The position numbers and the translations under genes are program-made. From IMG/VR virus record IMGVR_UViG_2850773344_000006: a stretch of DNA of 35,652 nucleotides. One strand, 5' to 3'. The notes beneath the pieces are model-generated. The model made no database searches, had not been told where the DNA came from, and saw only the letters and a list, made by a program, of their open reading frames with translations. Positions 19,636 through 28,377 of this stretch are shown piece by piece (positions within the stretch are counted from its first letter, which is position 1; every line of letters begins with the position of its first letter). Origin of the DNA: a virus (taxonomy: Duplodnaviria; Heunggongvirae; Uroviricota; Caudoviricetes).

Positions 19636-21240
19636 CTAGGTCTCCTTATAAACATCAGCCATCACATTGACCAGCCTATCAACCTCGACCTCTTTAGCAT
19701 AACGGTCGTAAGTAATAGACCCTGAACTATGCCCCATGATCGCCTGTGCATACGCCAACTCGACCCCATGTTGTTTTAACTGGGTCGCAACTGTATGTCT
19801 AAACGAGTGAAACGCTAAGCCGCTACGGTCTACGAGGACTTTAGGCAACAACGTCCGATTAAACCATTTACTCACCTGCTCACCGTAACCGTTCTTCATG
19901 AGACGCAGACCATCGAACACCATAGCGTCATCACCGTCAGCGCCTCTACGGGTCTCTACAAGCGCCATAAAGTCAGCCAATATAAAACCATAGGCCCCAT
20001 CGACCAGAGGCACACAGCGGTCACTATGAGCGTTCTTGATGCTCTTACCGGGTAGACTACTATCGTCTTCATTGATATGAATATAAACGGTTCCCGCCTC
20101 AGTGGTCCTGACGTCTTTGACCTGTAGTTGGGCTATTTCATTGAGTCTCGCCCCAGTGATAGCAGCCAAGGCGGTAACATAATAATGATACGGCTTACCA
20201 GAGGTCTTCTGAGAGTATGCCTTAGCTGCGACCAGTAGTTGCCCCACCTGCTCCGTAGAGAAGGCGTTACGGGCCCCTGAGGCTTTACGCTGAGGGACTT
20301 TAAGCTCCAGACCCTCAGTCATGTTCTTTTTAATCAAGTCATTGCGCACAACCCACCTAAAGACAGCAGCCATCTTAATAAGATACTTGTTGTTGATGGT
20401 AACGACATCCAGACAATCTGTCTTATCTTCACGGCTCAACAGGTCAGCAAGTGGGACATCCTTGAAGCGCTGCTTACGGTTCCTAGGTAACTGCTGGAGC
20501 ACATCACGGACCCTAAGCATGTCAGCCCTGTTAGCGTCTGCATTGAGACCCAGATGGTCGAATATTTCGATTAACGCAGCGTGTGACGCCTTGTTTTCCC
20601 TTAAGGTTGCAGGCTTCCAGTTCTGATAGTTCTCCGCTTCGTATTGCTCAAAGAGGCTCGCTATGGTAATGCTAGGCGTAACTTCTGGTTTTACTTCTGG
20701 AGCATTAACAGATAGGGACACAGAGTCTGCTTGGTTATCTTGCCTATCAATATCATTAAAAAGATCGACGTAATCTATCAGAGGCTGACTGTCTCCCGCT
20801 TCGATACGCCTCATACAGGCTTTTAGCACCTTCAGGGCCTCATTGATGTAACGATGCTGGTCAATGCTTAGCGGCTCACTAGCCAGAGCATCGGTAAGGC
20901 TCTCACCAAGTTCTCCGTATTGGTCCCGGTAGATATCCCTCATGTCAGGCTCAAAGAGATCTGAACGGCCCATAGACAGTTCACACTCAGCGATGTCCTT
21001 AAGGTGTTCCCTCATTTCCTCATAGGTAGCGTTGGGTCTGTCTGCGTGTATTGCCTTGAGTGCTGCCTTTATGTGCCTTGAGTAAGCCATAGCGGTGCGT
21101 CTATCCTTGGTCCGTAATGATATTGAGGTCATTCTATCATTGTTTGATTGTCTGACCCTAAGACGGAAGTAGTAGACGCCGTTACGCTGGTAGAGATAGT
21201 AGACTGCTGGAAGTTTGTGACTACTGGATAGCTGAATCAT
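19636..21240 (-). CDS. int: Tyrosine recombinase / integrase (534 aa)
   Basis: C-terminal catalytic region with ...GARLNEIAQL..., HSFRHTVATQL and ...GHSSGSITYDRYAKE (R, HxxR, Y signature); long N-terminal domain. Confidence 0.8.
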   Translation of the reverse strand: MIQLSSSHKLPAVYYLYQRNGVYYFRLRVRQSNNDRMTSISLRTKDRRTAMAYSRHIKAALKAIHADRPNATYEEMREHLKDIAECELSMGRSDLFEPDMRDIYRDQYGELGESLTDALASEPLSIDQHRYINEALKVLKACMRRIEAGDSQPLIDYVDLFNDIDRQDNQADSVSLSVNAPEVKPEVTPSITIASLFEQYEAENYQNWKPATLRENKASHAALIEIFDHLGLNADANRADMLRVRDVLQQLPRNRKQRFKDVPLADLLSREDKTDCLDVVTINNKYLIKMAAVFRWVVRNDLIKKNMTEGLELKVPQRKASGARNAFSTEQVGQLLVAAKAYSQKTSGKPYHYYVTALAAITGARLNEIAQLQVKDVRTTEAGTVYIHINEDDSSLPGKSIKNAHSDRCVPLVDGAYGFILADFMALVETRRGADGDDAMVFDGLRLMKNGYGEQVSKWFNRTLLPKVLVDRSGLAFHSFRHTVATQLKQHGVELAYAQAIMGHSSGSITYDRYAKEVEVDRLVNVMADVYKET

Positions 21241-21354
21241 ATGTCTGTATGCCCTGAGAGGGTTACACAGTGGGTTACAGTAAGTAACTCTGCAAGGAGG
21301 CTTAAAGCCGTATCCCTTAGGATTCAGTAGGTTGGAGTACTTTAAGAAAGGTCA

Positions 21355-21429
<75 letters not shown>

Positions 21430-21432
21430 ATA

Positions 21433-21508
<76 letters not shown>

Positions 21509-21510
21509 GC

Positions 21511-21587
21511 TGGCCCACCACCGAGGACTCGAACCTCGCACCGTCAACTTAGAAGGTTGATGCTCTATCCGGATGAGCTAGTGGTGG
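21511..21587 (-). tRNA. tRNA-Arg (anticodon UCU), with an atypical C1:G72 acceptor pair
   Basis: Reverse complement CCACCACTAGCTCATCCGGATAGAGCATCAACCTTCTAAGTTGACGGTGCGAGGTTCGAGTCCTCGGTGGTGGGCCA; all four stems pair. Confidence 0.65.
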
Positions 21588-21588
21588 T

Positions 21589-21665
21589 TGGTGGCCCTTG
21601 CTGGACTTGAACCAGCGACCTGGCGATTATGAGTCGCTCGCTCTGACCAACTGAGCTAAAGGGCC
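21589..21665 (-). tRNA. tRNA with CAU anticodon, probably Ile2 (lysidine type) rather than elongator Met
   Basis: Reverse complement GGCCCTTTAGCTCAGTTGGTCAGAGCGAGCGACTCATAATCGCCAGGTCGCTGGTTCAAGTCCAGCAAGGGCCACCA; resembles the remembered E. coli ileX more than metT. Confidence 0.65.
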
Positions 21666-21752
21666 GGAGGCAGAATAATAACCATATGTCATCACATCTG
21701 CAAACTCATCTGACCACCAGCGCGTTTAACGCCCTGTGCCATTTTTCAGGCA

Positions 21753-21780
21753 CAAAAAAACCCGCATAAAGCGGGTTCTT
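21753..21780. terminator. Bidirectional intrinsic terminator (ACCCGC-ataaa-GCGGGT flanked by A-run and T-run)
   Basis: acaaaaaaacccgcataaagcgggttcttt; follows the antirepressor gene on the minus strand. Confidence 0.65.
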
Positions 21781-22426
21781 TCAAGTGTCCATGTCTGCTA
21801 TTCGCCTCGCGATACAGCTTTGCGAAGCTTACCGGAATTGAAGCAGTTTATGTGCAAAAATGCAAGAACTTTTTTAAAGCTGCATCAACCTTTCCACCAG
21901 TTTATCTCTGCGAACAACAAACCAACCATTGGCTCTCGCCAGTTCCAGCCATGACTCAAGGGAAATAACAATATCATCATCCCGTAACTGAATTGTGGAA
22001 ACAGTGACACCGCCTCTCTGATAACAGAGAACTCGCGTGTCGTAACTTTTCTGGCATGAAACTGGCGTTGACGGATCCCTTTGACTGAAATAGCAGTCTT
22101 CCAGTTTTTCGAACACATCCCACGCCTGATCGGTTTCGAGCATTTTGCCGTGGCGTGCTGCGCCTCGTTCTGTCCAGAGGATGAGGGAGCGGGCTTTGGG
22201 TGAAACTGGATTTTGTGAGTAGTTTAAAGCGACCCGCAATTCTTTAAGGTCATTACCAACAACTTTGAAAAAGTGTTTCCCTTCAACGAAGCGTACTTTG
22301 TTCTCATGATGATTCTGGCGAATACGCACCGGCTCAGTGCCGTAAAGCTGCGCCAAAAGTTCGGTGGTAATAACAGGAATCTGTGAGGTGTACTGGCAAT
22401 AGCGGACACTACCATTTGTTCTTTTT

Positions 22427-23245
22427 TTAAGCAGCCATCTGATGATATTTTTCCCTGAAGGCTGCCGGGGAGATATTCCCCAGACGAGAGTGACGACGCT
22501 GACGATTGTAGAAAATCTCAATGTATTCCCGTATTACTGAGATGGCTTCATCCCGGTTATTAAAACGATAGTGGCTCAGGCTCTCATTTTTCAGCGTTCC
22601 CCAGAAGCTTTCCATCGGAGCGTTGTCGTAACAGTTACCTTTACGCGACATTGATGTTTTCAGACCAGACTGCTCCTGTATGACCCGGTAATCGTATGCG
22701 CAGTACTGTGAACCTCGATCAGAGTGGTGGATTAGCCCGGCAGGTGGGCGCTGGCTCCTGAGCGCCATAAACAGGGCTTTACCTGTCAGCTCTTTTGTCA
22801 TGCGCTCTCCCATGGCGTAACCGACAATTTCGCACGTATAAACATCTTTGATGCCAGCGAGGTACAACCATCCCTCCTGTGTGGCAACATACGTCAGGTC
22901 CGCCACCCAGACCTGATTTGGTGCTGTAGGAGCGAACGTCTGGTTCAGCAGATTTGGCGCAACTGGCAGATTGTGGTTCGGGTTCGTAGTCGCTCTGAAC
23001 TTGCGTTTCTGCTTACAGCGTAGCCTCAGCTCCTTACGAAGACGTGCCAGTCGGTCACGACCAACGATGATGCCATTCTCTGCCAGCTCCGTCTGGAGCC
23101 GCCGGGTTCCATATGTTTCGCGAGTGCGGATATGTGCCACCTTAATCTCCGGTTTTAGCCGCTCATCACTTTGTTTTCTGTCTGAGGGTTCATGCTGTAC
23201 CCAGTTGTAATAACCGCTCCTGGATACACCAAATACCTGACACAT
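22427..23245 (-). CDS. IS600 orfB transposase (DDE), intact
   Basis: 272 aa ending ...RLGNISPAAFREKYHQMAA. Confidence 0.9.
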   Translation of the reverse strand: MCQVFGVSRSGYYNWVQHEPSDRKQSDERLKPEIKVAHIRTRETYGTRRLQTELAENGIIVGRDRLARLRKELRLRCKQKRKFRATTNPNHNLPVAPNLLNQTFAPTAPNQVWVADLTYVATQEGWLYLAGIKDVYTCEIVGYAMGERMTKELTGKALFMALRSQRPPAGLIHHSDRGSQYCAYDYRVIQEQSGLKTSMSRKGNCYDNAPMESFWGTLKNESLSHYRFNNRDEAISVIREYIEIFYNRQRRHSRLGNISPAAFREKYHQMAA

Positions 23246-23280
23246 CGCTTCAATGGGAAATTGTTGTCGCCATTGTTCGA

Positions 23281-23583
23281 TTAACGCGTATTTTTCAGCG
23301 ACTCCTGTGCAAAATACGCTGTTGCTTTTTTTAATATATCTCGCTCAAGGCGAGCTTCATTTAACGCCTTACGCAGTTGCAGAATTTCAGATTCCAGTTC
23401 AGCCACCGTGCGGGAACCAGGAGTACCGAGCCCTTTTCTGGCGGCGGTAACCCATTGTCCTAAAGTGCCTTCAGGAAGAGATAATCGGGAAGCGCCTTCA
23501 CTGATCGAAAGTTGATTTTCAAGAACCGTTCTGACAGCTTCGGCTTTGAACTCTTTAGAGTAACGTTGGGTTTTTCTGCTCAT
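23281..23583 (-). CDS. IS600 orfA
   Basis: 100-aa HTH protein. Confidence 0.9.
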   Translation of the reverse strand: MSRKTQRYSKEFKAEAVRTVLENQLSISEGASRLSLPEGTLGQWVTAARKGLGTPGSRTVAELESEILQLRKALNEARLERDILKKATAYFAQESLKNTR

Positions 23584-23860
23584 TATTAGCTCCTTCTGAT
23601 GCCATTCTATTTCAGGAAGGAGTGTCCGTTAAACTCAGGCTACCTCACTGGTTATGGGTGATCGGGGAGAGAGTTTCAACAGAGATTTGAGTGGTCATAA
23701 CGATAACTCCGTACATTTGGAAATTATCGCCACCGACGACGCCAATCGAACTGGTGGCGAACTGTGCAGGGTTGGCGTAACCGGGTACGGAAACCGGCGA
23801 GCCTTTCGGCTCCCCCACACAGCCCGCCATAAATCGCGAATGTGACTGTGCAAACGATAT

Positions 23861-23881
23861 GAAAAAAGACGCGGGCGCGTC
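23861..23881 (-). terminator. Intrinsic terminator about 100 bp downstream of the Q-like gene (tR'-like position)
   Basis: GACGCG-gg-CGCGTC stem followed by a T6 run on the minus strand (plus strand gaaaaaagacgcgggcgcgtc). Confidence 0.6.
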
Positions 23882-23970
23882 TCATATCGCTCCGTAAACA
23901 TCCGGGACGCCAATCCCGACGCCAGATTTTGCTGGCGCGTGAGGAATATAGCCCCGGATAACAGATTGAG

Positions 23971-24525
23971 TCAACAAACGGTTTTTAGATCCCCGGAAGA
24001 GAATGCATCACGCATCGGTAGATAGAGCATATATTCAGCAAGATTTAGCCATACATCTACCCGACTGCAGCACGTCCGGAAACACCACTCAGGGTGTGCG
24101 TCATTCAGCAATTCAGCCATTTTACGCTTAGTCATCCCCCGCCCTTCATACCGTTGCCGGAGGACACTAATCAATCCAGGATGCTCTGCCAGCACCTCAC
24201 TTATGACTCTATCAATACATAACGCCTCTGCATCAGTACAATGCGCCAGCCAGGTCTTTTGCTTGCCATTGATCATCTCTCGCAAAAACGCTTCCAGCTC
24301 AGGTTTCTCTATTCCCGCTTTTTTCATCCTGCGCAGGGCTTCATTGACGGCTGTTTTCGTCAATTTTTTGGATGCCAGCAACTGGTTAAACATATTTCCC
24401 GTCTTACCGCCGCCAATATACGACCAGCGCCCCCACATGCGCAGTTTTCCCTGAATCCAGACACTTTCCAGCGTGGTGAGACGAAGGTGTTCCCCGCTTT
24501 TGCCTGTATTTGTTGGGTAAATCAT
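23971..24525 (-). CDS. Putative late-gene antiterminator (Q-like), 184 aa from the ATG overlapping the upstream stop
   Basis: Position after nin-like genes and before a terminator fits lambdoid Q; ATG at 24525 overlaps the ybcO-like stop (ATGA). Family call by synteny and weak memory only. Confidence 0.45.
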   Translation of the reverse strand: MIYPTNTGKSGEHLRLTTLESVWIQGKLRMWGRWSYIGGGKTGNMFNQLLASKKLTKTAVNEALRRMKKAGIEKPELEAFLREMINGKQKTWLAHCTDAEALCIDRVISEVLAEHPGLISVLRQRYEGRGMTKRKMAELLNDAHPEWCFRTCCSRVDVWLNLAEYMLYLPMRDAFSSGDLKTVC

Positions 24526-24812
24526 AAATAACCTTCCTTTCTCCAGATTTCTTGTGTGCGAAAAACACCTTCTGCATGCATCAGGCGTAATTCTTCTTTG
24601 GTGTAATCGCTGGTTTTTACCCGCCCGTCGATTAAATCGTGGCATGAGCTACAGGCAATCGCTGCCTGCATATCGTGTGGTTTTGTCGCTGTTCCGCACG
24701 TCCCCGCCAGCCTGTAATGCGCCAGCACAGAAGTTTCGGGATTGTGATTGCAGTAGCCAGGAATTCTGACGGTGCACATCTGCCCCCGCGCCGCTTTACG
24801 TAAATCCACCAT
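24522..24812 (-). CDS. Small Cys-rich lambdoid nin-region protein (YbcO-like, 96 aa)
   Basis: MVDLRKAARGQMCTVRIPGYCNHNPETSVLAHYRLAGTCGTATKPHD...; size and motif recalled from DLP12 ybcO. Confidence 0.55.
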   Translation of the reverse strand: MVDLRKAARGQMCTVRIPGYCNHNPETSVLAHYRLAGTCGTATKPHDMQAAIACSSCHDLIDGRVKTSDYTKEELRLMHAEGVFRTQEIWRKEGYL

Positions 24813-25411
24813 TACGCAAACTCCAGTAACTGCGCGGCCACATTTTCGACTTCCTCCGGAGAGGAAAATTTACGGAACAGGATCCAGTTCCACAGCACAT
24901 TCAGTACAGATTTATAAACCTGCTGAAACTCGGTTTCGTCCATGTTCGCAAATGCGATAGATTTTGCCCTGCGCCCACGACTACCATCAGGATAAATATG
25001 CTCGGTGTAAAATCCGGCCTGAATGGTTACCCACTCGCGGAAAGCGTCAAACGACTTTAGCAATGCCGTATCCCGGGTTCTGCATGTCGCAACTGTATTA
25101 AGGTATTGCTCTGCGGCATCACTCAGGGCTGGAGTGTGTTCCCGACCTACTGATTCGCACAGGTAATCAACGAAGCCTGATACCAGTTTTCGTTCGCGAG
25201 GAGTGATCGCCCCACCGACCGGAGTCCAGTAATCAAATCCCAGTTGCAGGAGTTTGAAAAAACGCTTGTGGAATGCGTAGTTACGCACACGCTTAAAGTC
25301 TGCGTGTATCCACTCACCTATTTTGATTTGATGCAGAAAATCGCAACTCTCCGGCGTCGCCGGGAGAAGTAATCCGGAAGAGGTTTGTTTGACCAGTTGT
25401 ATATGCGCCAT
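24812..25411 (-). CDS. Lambdoid early or nin-region hypothetical protein (199 aa)
   Basis: Complete ORF with RBS GGAGAAC; translationally coupled to the downstream gene. Family uncertain. Confidence 0.5.
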   Translation of the reverse strand: MAHIQLVKQTSSGLLLPATPESCDFLHQIKIGEWIHADFKRVRNYAFHKRFFKLLQLGFDYWTPVGGAITPRERKLVSGFVDYLCESVGREHTPALSDAAEQYLNTVATCRTRDTALLKSFDAFREWVTIQAGFYTEHIYPDGSRGRRAKSIAFANMDETEFQQVYKSVLNVLWNWILFRKFSSPEEVENVAAQLLEFA

Positions 25412-25544
25412 CGTAGTTCTCCGCTGGCGCAGTAGAATGGGTGTTCAGCCCGTTATGTAGTATACCAGAATTAATGCCAATACTAACAGGGTAATGCTGC
25501 CAACTTACTGATTTAGTGTATGATGGTGATTTTAAGGTGCTTGC

Positions 25545-25820
25545 GTGGCTTCCATTTCCATCAGATGTCCTTCCTGCTCCGCTACTGAAGGCGTGGTGCG
25601 TAACGGCAAAAGCACTGCCGGACATCAGCGCTATCTCTGCTCTCATTGCCGTAAAACATGGCAACTACAGTTCACTTACACCGCCTCTCAGCCCGGTACG
25701 CACCAGAAAATCATTGATATGGCCATGAATGGCGTCGGATGTCGCGCCAGTGCACGCATTATGGGCGTTGGCCTCAACACGGTTTTACGTCACTTAAAAA
25801 ACTCAGGCCGCAGTCGGTAA
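25545..25820 (+). CDS. insA: IS1 InsA
   Basis: 91-aa ORF. Confidence 0.9.
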   Translation: MASISIRCPSCSATEGVVRNGKSTAGHQRYLCSHCRKTWQLQFTYTASQPGTHQKIIDMAMNGVGCRASARIMGVGLNTVLRHLKNSGRSR

Positions 25821-26242
25821 CCTCGCGCATACAACCGGGCAGTGATGTGATTGTCTGCGCTGAAATGGACGAACATTGGGGCTACGTCGGTGCTAAATCA
25901 CGTCAGCGCTGGCTGTTTTACGCGTATGACAGGATACGGAGGACGGTTGTGGCGCACGTCTTCGGTGAACGCACTCTGGCCACACTGGAGCGTCTTCTGA
26001 GCCTGCTGTCGGCCTTTGAGGTCGTGGTATGGATGACGGATGGCTGTCCGCTGTATGAATCACGCCTGAAGGGAAAGCTGCACGTTATCAGCAAGCGTTA
26101 CACTCAGCGCATTGAGCGACATAATCTGAATCTGAGACAACATCTGGCAAGGCTGGGACGGAAGTCACTGTCGTTCTCAAAATCGGTGGAGCTGCATGAC
26201 AAGGTCATCGGGCATTATCTGAACATAAAACACTATCAGTAA
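25739..26242 (+). CDS. insB: IS1 InsB
   Basis: 167-aa ORF. Confidence 0.9.
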   Translation: MSRQCTHYGRWPQHGFTSLKKLRPQSVTSRIQPGSDVIVCAEMDEHWGYVGAKSRQRWLFYAYDRIRRTVVAHVFGERTLATLERLLSLLSAFEVVVWMTDGCPLYESRLKGKLHVISKRYTQRIERHNLNLRQHLARLGRKSLSFSKSVELHDKVIGHYLNIKHYQ

Positions 26243-26259
26243 GTTGGAGTCATTACCTA

Positions 26260-26511
26260 CTAACAGGATGCTCTGACTCGCAATTCATCCAGCAGTTTAT
26301 CATTTCCCATAATGTCACTTACCCTCATCGGTAAAAAAATTGCCTTTCGACCATTACGATACATTATTGATTTTGGGGTTTCAGGGAAGTAATCCATTTC
26401 GACTATAACTGACAGGTCATCACGACGTATGACTGCGTATTTGCTACTAAATAGTTTCTTTATTTTTTCCACGATGCCTCCAGGTTTATAAGTACAAACG
26501 GTTATATCCAC
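26260..26511 (-). CDS. Small prophage protein (83 aa), possibly Rem-like
   Basis: 83-aa ORF directly upstream of hokD in the direction of transcription; name suggested only by size and neighbourhood in the Qin prophage, from memory. Confidence 0.4.
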   Translation of the reverse strand: MDITVCTYKPGGIVEKIKKLFSSKYAVIRRDDLSVIVEMDYFPETPKSIMYRNGRKAIFLPMRVSDIMGNDKLLDELRVRASC

Positions 26512-26656
26512 ATAGAGACAAAAATATTAATCTGATAAATATTTATTTCACGCCGTATATTTGATTGTTTAATGTGCAAGTACAATGACTTTTATTTTTT
26601 GTTGTGTATATAATCAAATATATGGTTATTTTTCACCCTGCGTATTCAGCACGCAA

Positions 26657-26680
26657 CAAAAAACCCGCCGAAGCGGGTTT
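26657..26680 (-). terminator. Intrinsic terminator downstream of hokD
   Basis: CCCGC-cgaa-GCGGG stem with T-run on the minus strand. Confidence 0.6.
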
Positions 26681-26747
26681 AGTGCGGGTGCGTTGAGGAT
26701 GCCTGACACATGAGAGGTGGCGAGGGATTTCTCCCCCGCCTGGTCTC

Positions 26748-26903
26748 TTACTCCTCAGGTTCGTAAGCTGTGAAGACAGCGACCTCCGTCTGGCCGGTTC
26801 GGATTCGTACCTCGCAGAGGTCTTTCCTCGTTACCAGTGCCGTCACTATGACGGTTAAACAGATGACGATCAGGGCGATTAACATCGCCTTTTGCTGCTT
26901 CAT
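26748..26903 (-). CDS. hokD: Hok/Gef-family small membrane toxin (51 aa)
   Basis: MKQQKAMLIALIVICLTVIVTALVTRKDLCEVRIRTGQTEVAVFTAYEPEE; the track ORF is extended upstream in frame. Confidence 0.85.
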   Translation of the reverse strand: MKQQKAMLIALIVICLTVIVTALVTRKDLCEVRIRTGQTEVAVFTAYEPEE

Positions 26904-27246
26904 AGCCTGCTTCTCCTTGCCTTTCGGCACGTAAGAGGCTAACCTACATTTGTGAGACATAGATTGGGCCTCAGATTAATGTTAAGCGTCTTGCAGGACG
27001 CGTAATGTTAACTGGGGCTTTTCTCTGTCTGCCTTACAGTGGCATGCCCGAGGCAGACAGCCTCAAGCACCCGCAGCAATCTTACCGATACCGATAAGAA
27101 AACGCTATTTTTTATTGCCAGCACCTTCTATCCAGGCTAATTTATCTGCGTCAGAACGGCGCAATGCGCTCGCCTGAGATACGTTTACTTGCCATGGTAA
27201 CAACAGGTAACGGCAATTGCTGTTTCTGTTTTGTTTCCTTCAAAAA

Positions 27247-27275
27247 CCCCGGACCATCAATCCGGGGTTTTTGTT
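27247..27275. terminator. Bidirectional intrinsic terminator
   Basis: CCCCGG-accatcaat-CCGGGG with flanking A-run and T-run; immediately 3' of the gene ending at 27278. Confidence 0.65.
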
Positions 27276-27277
27276 TG

Positions 27278-27712
27278 TTAACCCCAACGGCAAATCGAAT
27301 ACACCACCAGCGCCACCGCCATCGCAATTCCTACCGTGGTGAATGCCTCAGGCCAGGTCATTGATTCACCTCCTGCGGTGGTTCCGGTAGCGGCATCCAG
27401 TGAGTTGAGCTCTCTGTCTTTGTCCACAAAAGCCATCTTATTCCCGCCACGAGTGGGGCAAAAAACCTTATCCCAGGAACCGGGGAATACATTCCCGAGA
27501 TCATCGAGAAGAATCACATCGCAATATTCAGCAGGAACTGCATCACTACAGCTTATCCAGCCAGCCAGAGTTACCGGAGAGTTGCCAGCCTTACGCATGG
27601 CCATTTCCACGATTTCAACCATATCTCCTGGTGGAATTTTACAAAGTTGCCCAATACATTTCTGCTGCCTGGCATATTCGAGAATGTGCTCCAGTTTGGT
27701 TCGATTAATCAT
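27278..27712 (-). CDS. Hypothetical prophage protein (144 aa) with C-terminal hydrophobic segment
   Basis: Complete ORF, coupled to upstream gene (ATGA overlap); C-terminus VGIAMAVALVVYSICRWG. Confidence 0.5.
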   Translation of the reverse strand: MINRTKLEHILEYARQQKCIGQLCKIPPGDMVEIVEMAMRKAGNSPVTLAGWISCSDAVPAEYCDVILLDDLGNVFPGSWDKVFCPTRGGNKMAFVDKDRELNSLDAATGTTAGGESMTWPEAFTTVGIAMAVALVVYSICRWG

Positions 27713-28377
27713 TATTTATCTCCCTTAAGCATGGCAGCGCGGCAGGCGTTCCAGCCATCAACATAATCAAACGTATTACTATCGTTTGGCCCGATTTCAT
27801 CCGGCACTATCGGCTCTGGTTGGATAGTGACGTTGGCAAAGGCAGCACGCAAACCGGTTTTAATTTCTTCGATTTCATCAGAGCCAAGCGATGAATCTGA
27901 CAGTGCGTGATGGAATGCGTAAGCCATGTCGTCGTTTACTGCAACCGGCACTGCCGGCGCTGCGTAAAGCGGTGTTATATCTGCCCGAAAATCACATGCT
28001 TTATGCAGTCGTACCCAACGCTCAACTTCCGCTTTGTAAAAATATATAGCAGTGAACGTATTAGATTCCTGGTCAACTTGAGTAAACGTCACCTTCCACG
28101 CTACAGCTACGGCTTTCCATCCATCAGGTTGTCGCATTCGCGGGGCAGCATAAAGCTCATGCATTCCATCAGGCAGCGAGTGACCCACATACTCACCGAA
28201 CCCGTCAATACACATGCCCCCATCTTCAACAATGCATTCCGCTACAGGCTCTGCTTCCAGTGATGCCAGAGCGATAAGAGCCAGTTCACGAATTTCACCG
28301 CCGTCTATATCGTCAATATCATCGCGGCCAGAAATGTTAGCCAGCCATTGCAGTCGCTCTTTGGTAATAGTAGTCAT
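27712..28377 (-). CDS. Hypothetical prophage protein (221 aa, acidic)
   Basis: Complete ORF in an operon-like array; no recognisable motif. Confidence 0.5.
   Translation of the reverse strand: MTTITKERLQWLANISGRDDIDDIDGGEIRELALIALASLEAEPVAECIVEDGGMCIDGFGEYVGHSLPDGMHELYAAPRMRQPDGWKAVAVAWKVTFTQVDQESNTFTAIYFYKAEVERWVRLHKACDFRADITPLYAAPAVPVAVNDDMAYAFHHALSDSSLGSDEIEEIKTGLRAAFANVTIQPEPIVPDEIGPNDSNTFDYVDGWNACRAAMLKGDK

Larger units (their letters stand above)
22384..23647 (-). mobile_element. IS600, copy 3 (1264 bp, intact)
   Basis: Canonical ends; 3-bp target duplication CTG (22381-22383 and 23648-23650). Confidence 0.9.
21874..23830 (-). pseudogene. Phage antirepressor (Ant/KilAC-type) gene interrupted by IS600 copy 3
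   Basis: Upstream part ...MTTQISVETLSPITHNQ (ORF 23645..23830) and downstream part QIPVITTELLAQLYGTEPVRIRQNHHENKVRFVEGKHFFKV... (ORF 21874..22521) are in frame once the IS600 and one copy of the CTG duplication are removed. Confidence 0.65.
25490..26257 (+). mobile_element. IS1, copy C (768 bp), simple insertion with 9-bp target duplication
   Basis: Direct repeat TACTAACAG at 25481-25489 and 26258-26266; inserted in the 70-bp spacer between the 83-aa gene and the 199-aa gene. Confidence 0.9.

Noticed and set aside
23695-23913. 72-aa ORF between the Q-like gene and the antirepressor gene
   Set aside because: Low-complexity, no ribosome-binding site, and it spans the terminator hairpin at 23861-23881; more likely non-coding leader.
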